Notes under the pieces: generated by a model
What the model saw: the letters and a program-made list of their open reading frames with translations, nothing else
What the model was told of the DNA's origin: nothing
The model's database searches: none
Shown: piece by piece, positions 1 through 13,333 of the stretch
Position numbering within the stretch: position 1 is the stretch's first letter
Layout of the letters: each line of letters starts with the position of its first letter
Translations under genes and position numbers: made by a program
Source of the DNA: the human T2T-CHM13v2.0 reference genome, Homo sapiens
Assembly (NCBI RefSeq): GCF_009914755.1
Contig: NC_060938.1
DNA length: 64,000 nucleotides
Direction: 5' to 3' (one strand)

Positions 1-389
1 AGGACTGAAAATCAGTGGAGCCAAGGGTGTCATTCCAACTCTGAGGCTGAGAGCTTGGGTTTGGTAGTGGTGACACTGGTGAAAATCATGGAGTCCAAAG
101 AGTGAACAACCAGGGGCTCCAACCAGGAACCTGTTGGAGGCAGGAGAAAATGTATGTCCCAACTCAAGAAAAGTAAGCAAATTTGCCCTTCCTCCACCTT
201 TTTGTTCTATTTAGGCCCTCAAGGGACTGGATGATGCCTCACCTCGGTGAGTAATCTTCTTTACTCAGTTAACTGATTCAAATACTAATCTCTTCTGGAA
301 ACACCCTGACAGACGCATCTAGAAACAATGTTTTGCCAGCTATTTGACCATCCCTTAACCCCATCAAGGTGACACATAACAATTATCAC
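1..389 (-). mobile_element. MLT2-family (ERVL) LTR, truncated by window edge
   Basis: Reverse complement from 389 reads TGTGATAATTGTTATGTGTCACCTTGATGGGGTTAAGGGATGGTCAAATAGCTGGCAAAACATTG, matching the MLT2 LTR start. Confidence 0.8.
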
Positions 390-1867
390 AGGTCTATGTG
401 TGGGATATGTAAGTTTAAAATTACAAAATACTGATTGATAAAATTTTAAATTACCTAAATGAATATGGAAATGCATAATGTTTATAGATTGGAAAACTGA
501 ACAGAATAAAGAGATAATCTCTTCCCTGATTGGTGTATAGGCTTTAAACAATTTCTACCAAAATCCCGGCAAGATTTTTGTAGACATAGACAAGTTTCTT
601 CTAAATTTTATATTGAAAGGTACAGGCCCTAGACCAGGTAAAATAATCTTAACAAAGAAGAGTAAAAAGGGAACATTTACTTCACTTGATATAAGGCCTA
701 CTATATATCCAAAATAATCAAAATAGTGCAATAATGGCAGAGGGCTAGACACGTAGGTCAATAGGACAGAATAGAGAACCTAGAAATAGACCCACAAAGC
801 TGTGCCCAACTGAATTTTGACAAAGGGGCAAAAGATATTCAGTAGAAAAATGACAGCCCTTTCAACAAGTGGTGATGGAGAAATTAAACATCCACAAGAA
901 AAAATATTAACATTGACCTAACTAAAAATGATCACCAATTTAAATACAAAATGTGAACTCATAAAATGTTTAGAAAAAATATAGGAGAAAATTTGAGGGT
1001 ATAGGGTTAGCCAAATAACTCTTAGACATGACACCAAAAACACACCCCATTAAAGAAAAAATTAACAATTTGGATCTCATCAATATTTTTAAGAACTTTT
1101 AATACATAAAATCACATGTGAAGAAAATGAAGTCAAGGTATGGAATGAGAGAAAATATTTGCAAATCACATAATCAGCAATGAACTAGTATACAAAATAT
1201 GATTTAAAGCTTTTAAAACTCAACAGTTAAAAAATTTAGTAAGAAAATGAATAAAAATATTGAGACAGTTTACCAAACAGGTTACAGAGATGGCAAATAA
1301 GCACATGAAAAAATGCTCAACATAAAAAATGCAAATAAAAATCACAATGACAAATCACTACACACCTATCAAATGACTAAAATTTTAAAAAAATAGTGAA
1401 AACACCAAATGTTCGCAAAAATTCTGAGAAATTGCACCATTCTTACATTGCTGGAAATATAAAATGATACAGCCACTCTGGAAAACAATTTTAACAGTCT
1501 TATAAAAGTAAATATGCAATTGCTGTATGGCAATTGTACTCATGGGCATTTATCACAGAGAAAAAATTATGTTCATCCAAAAGCTTGTAAACAAATATAG
1601 CACTTTTATTCATAATAGTGAGAACACAGATAGTTAAACACTGAAAATAGCACAGATACTCTTCAACATGTTAACATGTGAACAACACATGACCGGTGTA
1701 CCAAACTGTTATCTACATGCCATTGATTACTATTCAGCAATAAAAAGAAGCTCTATTAATACCTGCAGCAACTTTAAAGGATTTTCAGGGAATTATGCTA
1801 GGTGAAAAGAGTCAATCCTAAAAGGTTGCCTAGTGTATGACTTCATTTATATAATGCTTTGAGATAA

Positions 1868-2175
<308 letters not shown>

Positions 2176-2293
2176 AGATAAAATTTTATAAATGGAAAAC
2201 AGAGTAGTGGTTGTATGGAGTTAGACAACCTGGTAAGTGGTGGTGTGCAGGAGGGAGGTGGGTGTGATAATCAAAGAGTAAAACTATGTGAGG

Positions 2294-2692
2294 TGATATG
2301 GTTTGGATCCCCAAATATGAAATTTCATGTTCAATTGTAATCCTCAGTTTTGGAGGTGGGGCCTGGAAAGAGGTGATTGGATCATGGAGGTGGATTTTTC
2401 CCTCTGTATTGTGTCGCAATGGTGAGTGAGTTCTCACATGATCCTGTTGCTTAAAAGTGTATAGCACCTCCTTCCTCTCTCCCTTCCTCCTGCTCCAGCC
2501 ATGTGAAGTGCTGGCTTCCCCTTCACCTTCCACTATGATTGAAAGTTTCCTGAGGCCTCCGCAGAAGCCAAGCACATGCCAGCCTCATGTTTCCTGTACA
2601 GCCTGCAGAACTATGAGCCAATTAAACCTCTTTTCCTTATAAATTACCATCTCAGGTAGTTCCTTATAGCAGTGCAAAAACGGACTAACGCA
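2294..2692 (+). mobile_element. MSTA-like MaLR solo LTR
   Basis: TGATATGGTTTGG...GGACTAACGCA termini; 5-bp TSD TGAGG/TGAAG; ATTAAA signal near 2621. Confidence 0.85.
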
Positions 2693-4049
2693 TGAAGGAT
2701 CCTTGTGGTGAGAGAACTGTTCAATATTTTTATTGGGGTGGTGGATACACAATCTACACCTGTGAAAAAATTATATAGAGCTAAACATACATACTCACAG
2801 TCACAAACAAGTATAGGAAGAACAAAGGAAATTTGAATAGGATCATTAGCTTGTATCAGTGTGAATATCTTGGTGTGATATTGTGCTATAGTTTTGAAAA
2901 ATGTTACCATTGTGGAACACTGATAAAGGAAAAATAGGATATCTCTGTTACTTGCATGTGAATCTAAAATTATCTCAACAAAATCTTCAATTAAAAAACT
3001 ATTATATTAGAAAAAAGAAAATTTATATTTAGGGCAAAAGCTCAATAATTTTTTAATCATATTGCCATTTTTCCACTGTTGATAAAATATTTTCTTATTG
3101 TGTCTTAATTTGCAAAAAAAGTTTAATATTGGGTAATTTTGTCTTGGAGAAAATCATTTATTTACAGGTACATATGCAGCCACTGTGTTAGATATAAAAC
3201 CCTTAAAACAATATTTACAATCATGGCAATATGACCTACTACACTGACTGTAAGTTACAATTTCAGTCACCTATCACCAAAACCTATATATTATTATTTA
3301 TTGGGCACTAACTTATTCAGTGTTTTACAGACATTTTAAACCATTTCACCTGAAGAAAATCTTTCCTAAAAGACCATGTAGTATAAAGTCAGACTGTGAA
3401 CTGGTACATCAAACAGCCTGTTCTGACAAATGAAATTGCTAAGCATTGTAGTAAGTATATAAATGAGCTGGAGCCTTGTTGAAGGCTGTACAATCAATCT
3501 CACTTTGAAATGAATGGGTTATCTTGATAATAGTTTTGTTTGTGTGTTTGATACTCAGCTGAATCTGTTAGTATAAGTAAAACTTGGAAGTAGACACCAA
3601 ATCTCTTTTTTTTTCCTTGAAAATCAAACATCTTGTTGATGAACTGGCTTTCAGAACTAAATTTAATTTATTTAGTTTATTAGCATCAAACTTATAACTC
3701 ATAGGAAGAAAAAACAAAAAAAAAGTCAAGACTGCTTACTTCAGTTAAGGTTAAATTATATATAGGCAAAGCATCTACAGTGTGGGCTATGCAGGCATAA
3801 TGCAGACTCTATTTATCTCCAAAATCTCCTTCTTTCTCCCCTACAGTAAACTCTAAGACCTTTTTACCAAATGTTAGTGGAAAGGAATATCAAATCATCA
3901 ACAACTTTTAGTTCTCTGTGTCACTGCTGTACCTTTATCATTATTCTAGTAATAAGTACACTAGTGGGGAAATCTACATTCATAATGAATGATATAGTTT
4001 CTATATTGGGGAATGTGGGCAAAGAATACAGTGAGCCAATTAACCTATT

Positions 4050-6331
4050 TCTATTAGTCCACTTTCATGCTGCTTATAAAAACATACTTGAGACTGGGAA
4101 GAAAAGGAGATTGAATTGGACTTACAGTTCTACATGGTGGGGAGGCCTCAGAATCATGGTGGGAAGCAAAAAGTACTTCTTACATGGCAGTGGCAAGAGA
4201 AAATGAGGAAGATGCAAAAGCAGAAGTCTCTGATAAAACCATCAGATCTCATGAGACTTATTTACCACCACGAGAACAGTATGGGGAAACTGCCCCCATG
4301 ATTCAAATTATCTCCCACCAGGTCTCTCCCACAACAGGTGGGAATTATGGGAGTACAATTCAAGATGAGATTTGGGTAGAGACACAGAGCCAAACCATAT
4401 CGATTCTCCCCTGGCCCCTCCAAACCTCGTGTCCTCACATTTCAAAACCAATCGTGCCTTCCCAACAGTCCCCCAAAGTCTTAACTCATTTCCACATTAA
4501 CCCAAAAGTCCACATTCCAAAGTCTCATCTGAGACAAGGCAAGTCCCTTCTGCCTATGAGCCTGTAAAATCAAAAGCAACCTAGTTATTTCCTAGATACA
4601 ATGGGGGTACAGGTATTGGGTAAATATAGCTGTTCCAAATGGGATAAATTGGCCAAAACAAAGGGGTTACAGGGGCCATGTGAGTCCAAAGTCTAGCAGG
4701 GCAGTAAATTCTAAAGCTCCAAAATGATCTCCTTTGACTCCATGCCTCATATCCAGGACAAGCTGATGCAAGAGGTAGGTTCCCAAAGTCTTCGGCAGCT
4801 GTGCCTCTGTGGTTTTGCAAAGTATAGCCCCCCTCCTGGCTGCTTTCACAGGTGGGCGTTGAGTGTCTGCAGATTTTCCAGGCCCACCGTGCAAGCTGTT
4901 GGTGGATCTACTATTCAGGTGTCTGGAGGATGGAGGCCCTCTTCTCACAGCTCCGCTAGGCAGTGTCCCAGAAGGGACTCTGTGCGGGGGCTCTGACTGC
5001 ACATTTCCCTTCCACACTGTGCTAGCAGAGGTTCTCCATGAGGGCTCTGCCTCTGCAGCAAACTTTTGCCTGGGCATCCAGGCATTTCCACACATCTTAT
5101 GAAATCTAGGTGGGAGCTCCCAAACCTCAATTCTTGACTTCTGTGCACCTGCAGGTTCAACACCACATGGAAGCTGCCAAGGTTTGGGGCTTGCACCCTC
5201 TGAAACCACATGCCAAGTTGTACCTTGGCTCCTTTTAGCAATAGCTGCAGCAGCTGAGATGTAGGGCACCAAGTCCCTAGGCTGCACACAGCATGGGGAC
5301 CCTGGGCCCAGCCCAGGAAACCATTTTTTCCCTCCTAGACTTCCAGATTGGTGATGGGAGGTACTGCCATGAAGACCTCTGACATGCCCTGAAGACATTT
5401 TCCCCATTGCCTTGGTGATTAACATTTGGCTCCTCGTTACTTATGCAAATTTCGGCAGCTGGTTTGAATTTTACCTCAGAAAATAGGATTTTCTTTTCTA
5501 TCACATTGTCAGACTGCAAATTTTCCAAACTTTTATGCTGTTTCTGTTTTAAAACTGAATGCCTTTTACAGCACCCAAGTCATATCTTGAATGTTTTGCT
5601 GCCTAGAAATTTCTTCTCCCAGATACCCCAAATCATCTCTCTCAGGTTTAAAGTTCCACAAATCTCTAGGGCAGGGGCAAAATGCCACCAGTTTTTTTGC
5701 TAAAACATAACAAAATCACCTTTGCTCCATTTCCCAACACATTCCTCATCTTTATCTGAGACCACCTCAGCCTGGACTTATTGTCCATATTGCTAACAGG
5801 GTTTTGGTCAAAGCCATTCACTAAGTCTCTAGGAAGTACCAAAATTTCCCACATTTTCCTGTCTTCTTCTGAGCCCTCCAAACTGTTCCGACCTCTGCCT
5901 GTTCCCCAGTTCCTAAGTCACTTCCACATTTTCTAGTATCTTCTCAACAATGCCCCACTCTACTGGTACCAATTTACTGTATTAGTCTGTTTTCATGCTG
6001 CTGATATAAACATATCTGAGACTGTGAAGAAAAATAGATTTAATTGTACTTAAAGTTCCACATGGCTGGGAAGCCTCAGAATCATGGTGGGAGGCAAAAG
6101 GCACTTCTTACATGACAGCAGCAAGATAAAATGAGGAAGATACAAAAGCAGAAACCCCTGTTAAAACCATCAGATCTCATGAGACTTATTCACTGCCATT
6201 AGAACAGAATAGGGAAAACCGCCCTCATGATTTAAATGATCTCCCACCAGTTCCCTCCCATAACAGGTGGGAATTATGAGAGTACAATTCAAGATGAGAT
6301 TTGGGTAGGGACACAGAGCCAAACCGTATCA
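4050..6331 (-). mobile_element. Full-length THE1 (THE1A-like) MaLR: LTR 4050-4403, internal region, LTR 5978-6331
   Basis: Two ~350-bp direct repeats (TGTATTAGTC...CCAAACCATATCA) around a ~1.6-kb THE1 internal region. Confidence 0.93.
4667..5425 (-). pseudogene. Remnant of the MaLR internal ORF (252 aa open frame)
   Basis: Motifs SEGASPKPWQLP, GNAWMPRQK and LPSGAVRRG recur, some slightly diverged, in translations of the other two THE1 copies in this window. Confidence 0.7.
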
Positions 6332-7970
6332 TTGTTAAAGGGAAAAATCTTAGCTAAAATTAAAGCAATCCTAGCTAAACTTTCTAAAAATCTACAACCA
6401 AAGGCACAGATTTGTGCCACAAACTTCAAGAAAGAGAAAATGAGTATTAATAGCTTCAAACCAGTTGGAGAAACTAAGCAGATAATACGAATTCAAAAAT
6501 ATTTTTAATTAGATAATGCAGGACTAAAGTAATAATAATGAATTAATTAATTAAACCATACTGTAAGTGGCTTAACATTTCATAGAAAGTTTTTATTTTT
6601 CCCCCACTTTGGCTAATTGGATCATTTCCACATGAATGAAACACATGCTAAATTATTTATAGATAATTACATGGCTGTCCTCTTACTAAAATATTAAGAC
6701 ACAGTTGTCCCACAGGAAACATTGCAACTGACACAGGGACATCACAAAATGAATAGCTGAGGAAGTAATGAAGAGAAGTTATAAGAAAAGCCCACAAAAC
6801 TAGAGATATGTTTATTAAAATTAATTTATTTTTTAGAATACTACAGGTACTTTTAAAAACTGTTTTCATCCTCTAACCTTTCTCTTTCAAGAAAAATGGC
6901 TCGTCAGCTTTTTAAATTAGCTTTATGTAAAAATTTCTATTAGAAATTAGACAAGAAATATATTTTGATTAAATTTATAAGCAGTATTCTACTCCTCAAT
7001 GATCATGACTATAGAAAAGAGGGGCACCATGATCTGTAGTATAACTGAAGTAAGCCAGCTTTTTATTTAATTATAACATGATTAATATCTAAATAAAGTG
7101 CTTCAGGTCACACTAGTTGACACAGGAGCTGAGTATTTTCACCTAAGACTAATCACAAATGAGAATTTTCGGTACTGCTCTCTTCAGGCACTGTGGGCAC
7201 AAATTAAGCAAACTTTTGCACTGTTAATCTGCAGTTGCCAATTCACTTGATGACATTTTGGCTAAAGAAATTGCCCATTAAGTCACACATGTGACCTAAG
7301 TAACATCCTCCTCTCAAATATTAAGTTACTATGGGCCAAATAAAATGTATTTAATTACATGTGTTCAACCTATTCTTTTTATCCTCTACTGCCGACTAAT
7401 AAAAATCATTCTGGCTTTTGTCTCTGCACTTCACTCCATGCCTCCATCATTTAGGAAAAGTTCTGGGCCAACCAGTCTAGTTAAGGAGTTTGTGTGATCT
7501 AGAATCAATAGAATGGAGAAAGATAGATATCAATAGATAGAGATACACAATGGATATCTCTCTATCAATAGATAGAGATACACAATCATCTAAACTGGGA
7601 TATAGAATATTTTTTCATAGATATGGAGAGAAATGTGTCCCCAGAATAAGAAATAAAGAACTATAGAAAGAACAAAAGTGGAGAAAAAGAGGAAAAAAGC
7701 CTTAAATATAAATTTTGGGGGGATTTTTAAGGGTTTTTTTTGTATGACATTCATTATTAATTTGAGAACATAGCTTGAACAGAGAAACTTTAGTAAATCT
7801 GCAAGATAAGAAAGATACTAAGGAGTAGGTGGAGAAAACTTACTTTAAGAAATAATACTATGAATTAAGCTTAGGATTATTTTAAGTAATTTTTCAGACA
7901 TACCAATTAAAGATTACAATGTTTTTTATGTACTTTGAGGCCCATTGCATAGGTTCCCAGGCTGTCACCT

Positions 7971-8943
7971 GAAATTCCAAATAATTTCTGTAGATAATCT
8001 ACCTTTAAGGAGGTAGAGCAGAGCCTCTATTCTTTTTCTTATTATTTTTTGAGAGAGGGTCTTGCTCTGTCATCCAGGCTGAAGTAAAGTGGCACAACTC
8101 AGCTCATTGCAGCCTGAACCTCCCAATCTCAAGCAATCCTCCCACCTCAGCCTACTGAGTAGCTGGGTCTACAGACGTTTGCCACCATGCCTGACTAATT
8201 TGTTTTTATTTTTTGTAGAGAAGGTGTTTCGCCATGTTGCCCAGGCTGGTCTCAAATTCCTGGGCCAAGCAATTCACCTGCCTCAGCCTCCCAAAGTGTT
8301 GGGATTAAGGCATGAGCCACCACTAAGAGCCTCTGTTCTTTAAGTGAGAGCTACACAGAGTAATTTCCTTCTAAAGAGTACAGGATGGAAAAAAATAAGT
8401 TTACTGAGGAGAAATCTGAAAAACTAATTCAGCCATGTGATCAAAGTCAGTATTAGCAGTCACAAGTCATGTTGATAGTATAGATCCTTGGCATGACTTG
8501 AAGAAAATGATATTTTATTTCTGTGATCTTCCTTTTTGAAGAACATAACCACAGCCTAATCATGAGAAAAACAGCAGACAAGCCCCAGCTTCTACAAAGC
8601 ATGACTAGTACTTCTCGGCACTTTCAAGGTCATTAAAAGTAAGGAAAGTCTGAAAAACTGTTGTAGCCAAGAAGCATCTAAGGAGATATAATAACTAAGT
8701 GCAATGAAGTGTTGTAGATGGAATCCTACACAGACAAAAAAGATATGTTAACGATTAAGAAAAGCCGAATAAAGTGGGGGCTTTAGTTAATAATATATTA
8801 ATATTGGTTTAATTATAATAAATTAGCATATAATGTAAGAAATTAACAGTAGGAGCAACCGGGTTAAAAGTATATGGCAACTCTTTGTACTATCTTCACA
8901 ATTTTTCTTTCAATATAAACTGTCCCAAAATTGTTTACTTAAA
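7971..8943 (+). mobile_element. L1MC3/L1MD-type 3'UTR fragment interrupted by an AluJ
   Basis: GAAATTCCAAATAATTT...AAGTCATGTTGATAGTAT...CTCTTTGTACTATCTTCACAATTTTTC motifs. Confidence 0.7.
8036..8325 (-). mobile_element. AluJ
   Basis: Antisense Alu; 16-bp TSD AGAGCCTCT(A/G)TTCTTT at 8020-8035 and 8326-8341. Confidence 0.93.
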
Positions 8944-9124
8944 GTGTTACATTACAAAACTTTAACGTATTTTCTGTTCTTGTCAAAAAGGGACTAACTT
9001 AATTAATATGACTCAGTACTGTCCATATTTTTCTTTTGTATTTATCTGTAACAAAGACGTAAACTTTAAGGCACAACTTTTCTCTTGCCCCTACGTTAAA
9101 ACAGGCCTGAAAATACATGCCAAC

Positions 9125-9285
9125 ACATAAGGATGGAGAAGTAGAAAGATGAGAACATGGATTCTTGATGGCATTGTTAATGCTGCCTTTTAAAATTTCT
9201 GAGCTGCTTAACATCAGACTTCTTACTGCAGGAAATAAATAAGTGCTCATTTTTTTAGTTTTCTAATACACTGAGGAACCAACAA
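9125..9285 (+). mobile_element. MLT1J/K-like LTR 3' fragment
   Basis: GGATTCTTGATGGCATTGTT...AGACTTCTT...AATAAAT resembles the 3' half of old MLT1 LTRs. Confidence 0.45.
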
Positions 9286-12271
9286 GAGTGCCCCACAGGA
9301 AGAAAGGTCAAAAATGTTGCTTCTACCATAAACATCATATTACAACAATACCAGCATTGCTTTGCCTTTCTTCCACATTATGCCCTTTTGTAGAATCTTC
9401 AATGCAGCAGTTAGCTAGTGCAGAGGAAACGGATTTAGGTGTGGGAAAGCAGCTGATCCTGCCTTCTAAGCTTCTCTGAAGGCATCCAAGGCTTCAGCAA
9501 ATCTGTGTTAGGGAAAAGGAAGAAGATATATTTGGTTAAGTTTTCAAAATTGATGTTATAACATACGGTCTGGAGCTATATTATACTGGACTAGACTTTT
9601 GTCATCTCAAAGTAGACTTTATTTTATCTCAAAGGCATAAGAAATTTATAAGGTTTTCCCAAATTTTAAACCAAGAGGAAAAGAATAATAAGTTTCAGGA
9701 GAGGAATTGAAGGGACAATGAAAATCCAGTTAAAGTCATTCATTTCTTCACTACCAAGTCCGGCACATTGAATAAATCAGTTTCATAGGTTTTTACAAAA
9801 TTTAAGAAGATCCCTGGTCTCCAGTAATTTGTGCTTTTCAACCAACAAAAGCTCTTAAAAAACAATAAGAGCTTATCTATTTTGCACACAAGGGAGAAGA
9901 CATATTTCAACAACAATAACTGCAACAATAACAAAAGGTCTTGATGCATTAGCATAAAGTCAAAATTTAAAATACTAAAAATATAACTGTCTGCGCTTCA
10001 GGACTAAAATGTAAACCATAAAAACCCTTTCATTTATTCTTGAATGATTTTTCTTTTGTCAATACCTTTTCATCTTCTTTTTCCACATCTTTTAAAATTA
10101 TTGTTCATGTTTTCTTGGTTTAAATTATCTAAATATAGATAAAGGCTATATTTCTCTAATAAGGTGAGAGATAGGTTAATAACATTACATGAATCATCCT
10201 TCAATATGATAGCAAGAAAGAGTAAATAAGTTGGCAAAGTAGCTATGATACAAACCAATTAGAAACACTGGCCATGTTTTATTAAATCTGAAATCAAACT
10301 GAAGTTGTTAAAACAAAGTATAGTATAGAATATTTTAATAAAATACAAAGTATATAGTACTAACATATAAATTGCTAATAAGAAAATTAAAGTTAGTTAA
10401 TGAAAACACTACCTCAGAGCTACATTATATACTATATGCGCAAAAGTAATAAAATCATGGAAATTTTAATATTCAAGAATGTGTTAGAATGAACATTTAA
10501 AGAAACACTGAAGAAACATTAAGTTTCTTGAATATGGTTTTGAAGATATGAAAGGTTTGTTGTATTATAAATAAACATATAAGTGCACAGGCCACAGTTG
10601 AGTAAAATTGCTGAGGCAATATAAAAATCGAGAATTCCACAAGCAAACATAAAAAAAAGTGTTAAAGATTAAATGTGCATTACAAGAATTCCATAAGCAA
10701 ACACAATACAGCACAACAAATGTAATAATTATGTTTCCTTATACCAAGAAGTAACTTATACCTTTATAGCACTTTCTACCAGTATTGACCATGTTACTTA
10801 ATAAGGTTAAAGTTTTCTTGATTTTCTGGAGAAGCCACATTTACAAAGTTACTCCAGTGATTTTTAACATATGAATTCTCTGTACAATGCTAAAAAGTGG
10901 TTATCAAATCTTGCACATAGTTATTCTTTTCTACATGAGCCAAGAAACATCATTATTACTTCTTAACTAAGATTTATATGCCTCAAACTCCTACTCTGTT
11001 ATAGAAACATCCACAAGTTTGGCATTGCATTCAGAAGTGTTTAATTCCTTCAAGTTTTTGAATATTGAGAAATGAAGCTGTCACTAATATTTGGCATATA
11101 TACCATTCTCCACAGTTCTTATAAGTTACCAACAACTGTCTATTGATTTCACCTGGAAGATCTCCATCTCTTATGCTGTGAACAAGATGACAATCCATAG
11201 TTACTTTACCTAACCAGAGCTTCTACTCTATTTGACCAATATTTTGTTATTTCTTCCCAATCTCCCTTGCAGAAAAGAGTAAGATAAAATGAACTTTTAA
11301 AATCTCTAACATCCATTAATATTTTTCCATTAGTCCCAAGTCTCCGGCTCCTCTTGCTCTAAATTTAGATTTAAAATATCATGGCTGCTCCTAAGCATTT
11401 TTGATGCATGTGCTTCTTATCTGGGCATTAGCCTTCCTGACATTATTCTTACAAGTCTGTGAAACATTTTATACACCTTGCTTTCTGTCTGTCATTATCT
11501 GTCTGTCCCCTCCTGTGTACTTTTGCTTTTTATATTTATATTAAAAAGTTTATATAAAAAACTAATTTATTATAACTACTTTATATAAACTATTAGTTTA
11601 TATAAAAAAACTAATTTACACTCCCACCAACAGTGTAAAAGCGTTCCTATTTCTCCACATCCTCTCCAGCATCTGCTGTTTCCTCACCATTTTAATGATC
11701 ACCATTCTAACTGGCGTGAGATGTTATCTCCTTGTCGTTTTGATTTGCATTTCTTTGATGCCCAGTGATGATGAGCTTTTTTTCATACGTTTGTTGGCTG
11801 CATAAATGTCTTCTTTTGAGAAGTGTCTGTTCATATCCTTCACCCACTTTTTTATGGGGTTGTTTTATCTTATAAATTTGTTTAAATTCTTCGTAGATTC
11901 TGTATATTAGCCCTTTGTCAGACGGATAGATTGCAACATTTTTCTCCCATTATGTAGATTGCCTGTTCAATCTGATGATACTTTCTTTTGCTGTGCAGAA
12001 GCTGTTTAGTTTAATTAGATCCTATTTGTTAATTCTGGCTTTTGTTGCAGTTGCTTTTGGTGTTTTAATCATGAAGTCTTTGCCCTTGCCTATGTCCTTA
12101 ATGATATTGCCTAGATTTTCTTCTAGGTTTTTTATGGTTTTAGGTCTTATGTTTAAGTCTTTCATCTTGAGTTAATTTTTGTATGAGGTGTAAGGAAGGA
12201 ATCCAGCTTTAGCTTTCTGCATATGGCTACCAGTTTTCCCAACACCATTTATTAAATAGGGAATCCTTTGT

Positions 12272-13333
12272 TCATTGCTTGTTTTTGTCAGGTTTGTCAA
12301 AGATCAGATGGTTGTAAAGGTGTAGTGTTAATTCTGAGGCCTCTGTTCTGTTCCATTGGTCTATATATTTGTTTTGGTACGAGTACCATGCAGTTTTGGT
12401 TACTGTAGCCTTGCAGTATAATTTGATGTCTGGTAGTGTGATGCCTCCAGCTTTGTTCTTTTTGTTTAGAATTGTCTTGGCTATGTGGGCTCTTTTTTCA
12501 TTCCATATAAAGTTTAAAGTAGTTTTTTCCAGTTCTGTGAAGAAAGTCAATGGTAGCTTGACGGGGATGGCATTGAATCTGTAAGTTGCTTTGGGCAGTA
12601 CAGTCATTTTCACTATATTGATTCTTCCTATCCATGAGCATGGAATATTCTTCCATTTGTTTGTGCCCTCTCTTATTTCCTTGATCAGTGGTTTGTAGTT
12701 CTGCTTGAAGAGGTCCTTCACATCCCTTGTAAGTTGTATTCCTAGGTATTTTATTCTCTTTGTAGCAACTGTGAATGGGAGTTCACTCATAATTTGGCTT
12801 TCTGTTTTTCTGTTATTTGTATATAGGAATGCTTGTGATTTTTGCACATTGATTTTGTATCCTGAGACTTTCCTGAAGTTGTTTATCAGCTTAAGGAGAT
12901 TTGGAGCTGAGACGATGGGGTTTTCTAAATACACAATCATGTCATCTGCAAACAGCGATGATTTGACTTCCTCTTTTCCTAATTGAATACGCTTTATGTC
13001 TTTATCTTGCCTTATTGCCTTGGCCAGAACTTCCAATGCTATGTTCAACAGGAATGGTGGGAGAGGGCATCCTTGTCTTGTGCTGGTTTTCAAAGGGAAT
13101 GCTTCCAGTTTTTGCCCATTCAGTATGATATTGGCTGTGGGTTTGTCATAAATAACTCTTATTATTTTGAGATAATTTCCATTAATATCTAGTTTATTGA
13201 GAGTTTTTCGCATGAAGGGCGATTTAATTTTGTCAAAGGCCTTTTCTGCATCTATTGAGATAATCATGTGTTTTTTGTCATCGGTTCTGTTTATGTGATG
13301 GATTATGTTTATTGATTTGCTATATTGAACCAT
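12272..13333 (-). pseudogene. L1 ORF2 reverse-transcriptase fragment (353 aa)
   Basis: [28 protein letters not shown] and [11 protein letters not shown] motifs; bounded by a stop and a frameshift. Confidence 0.92.
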
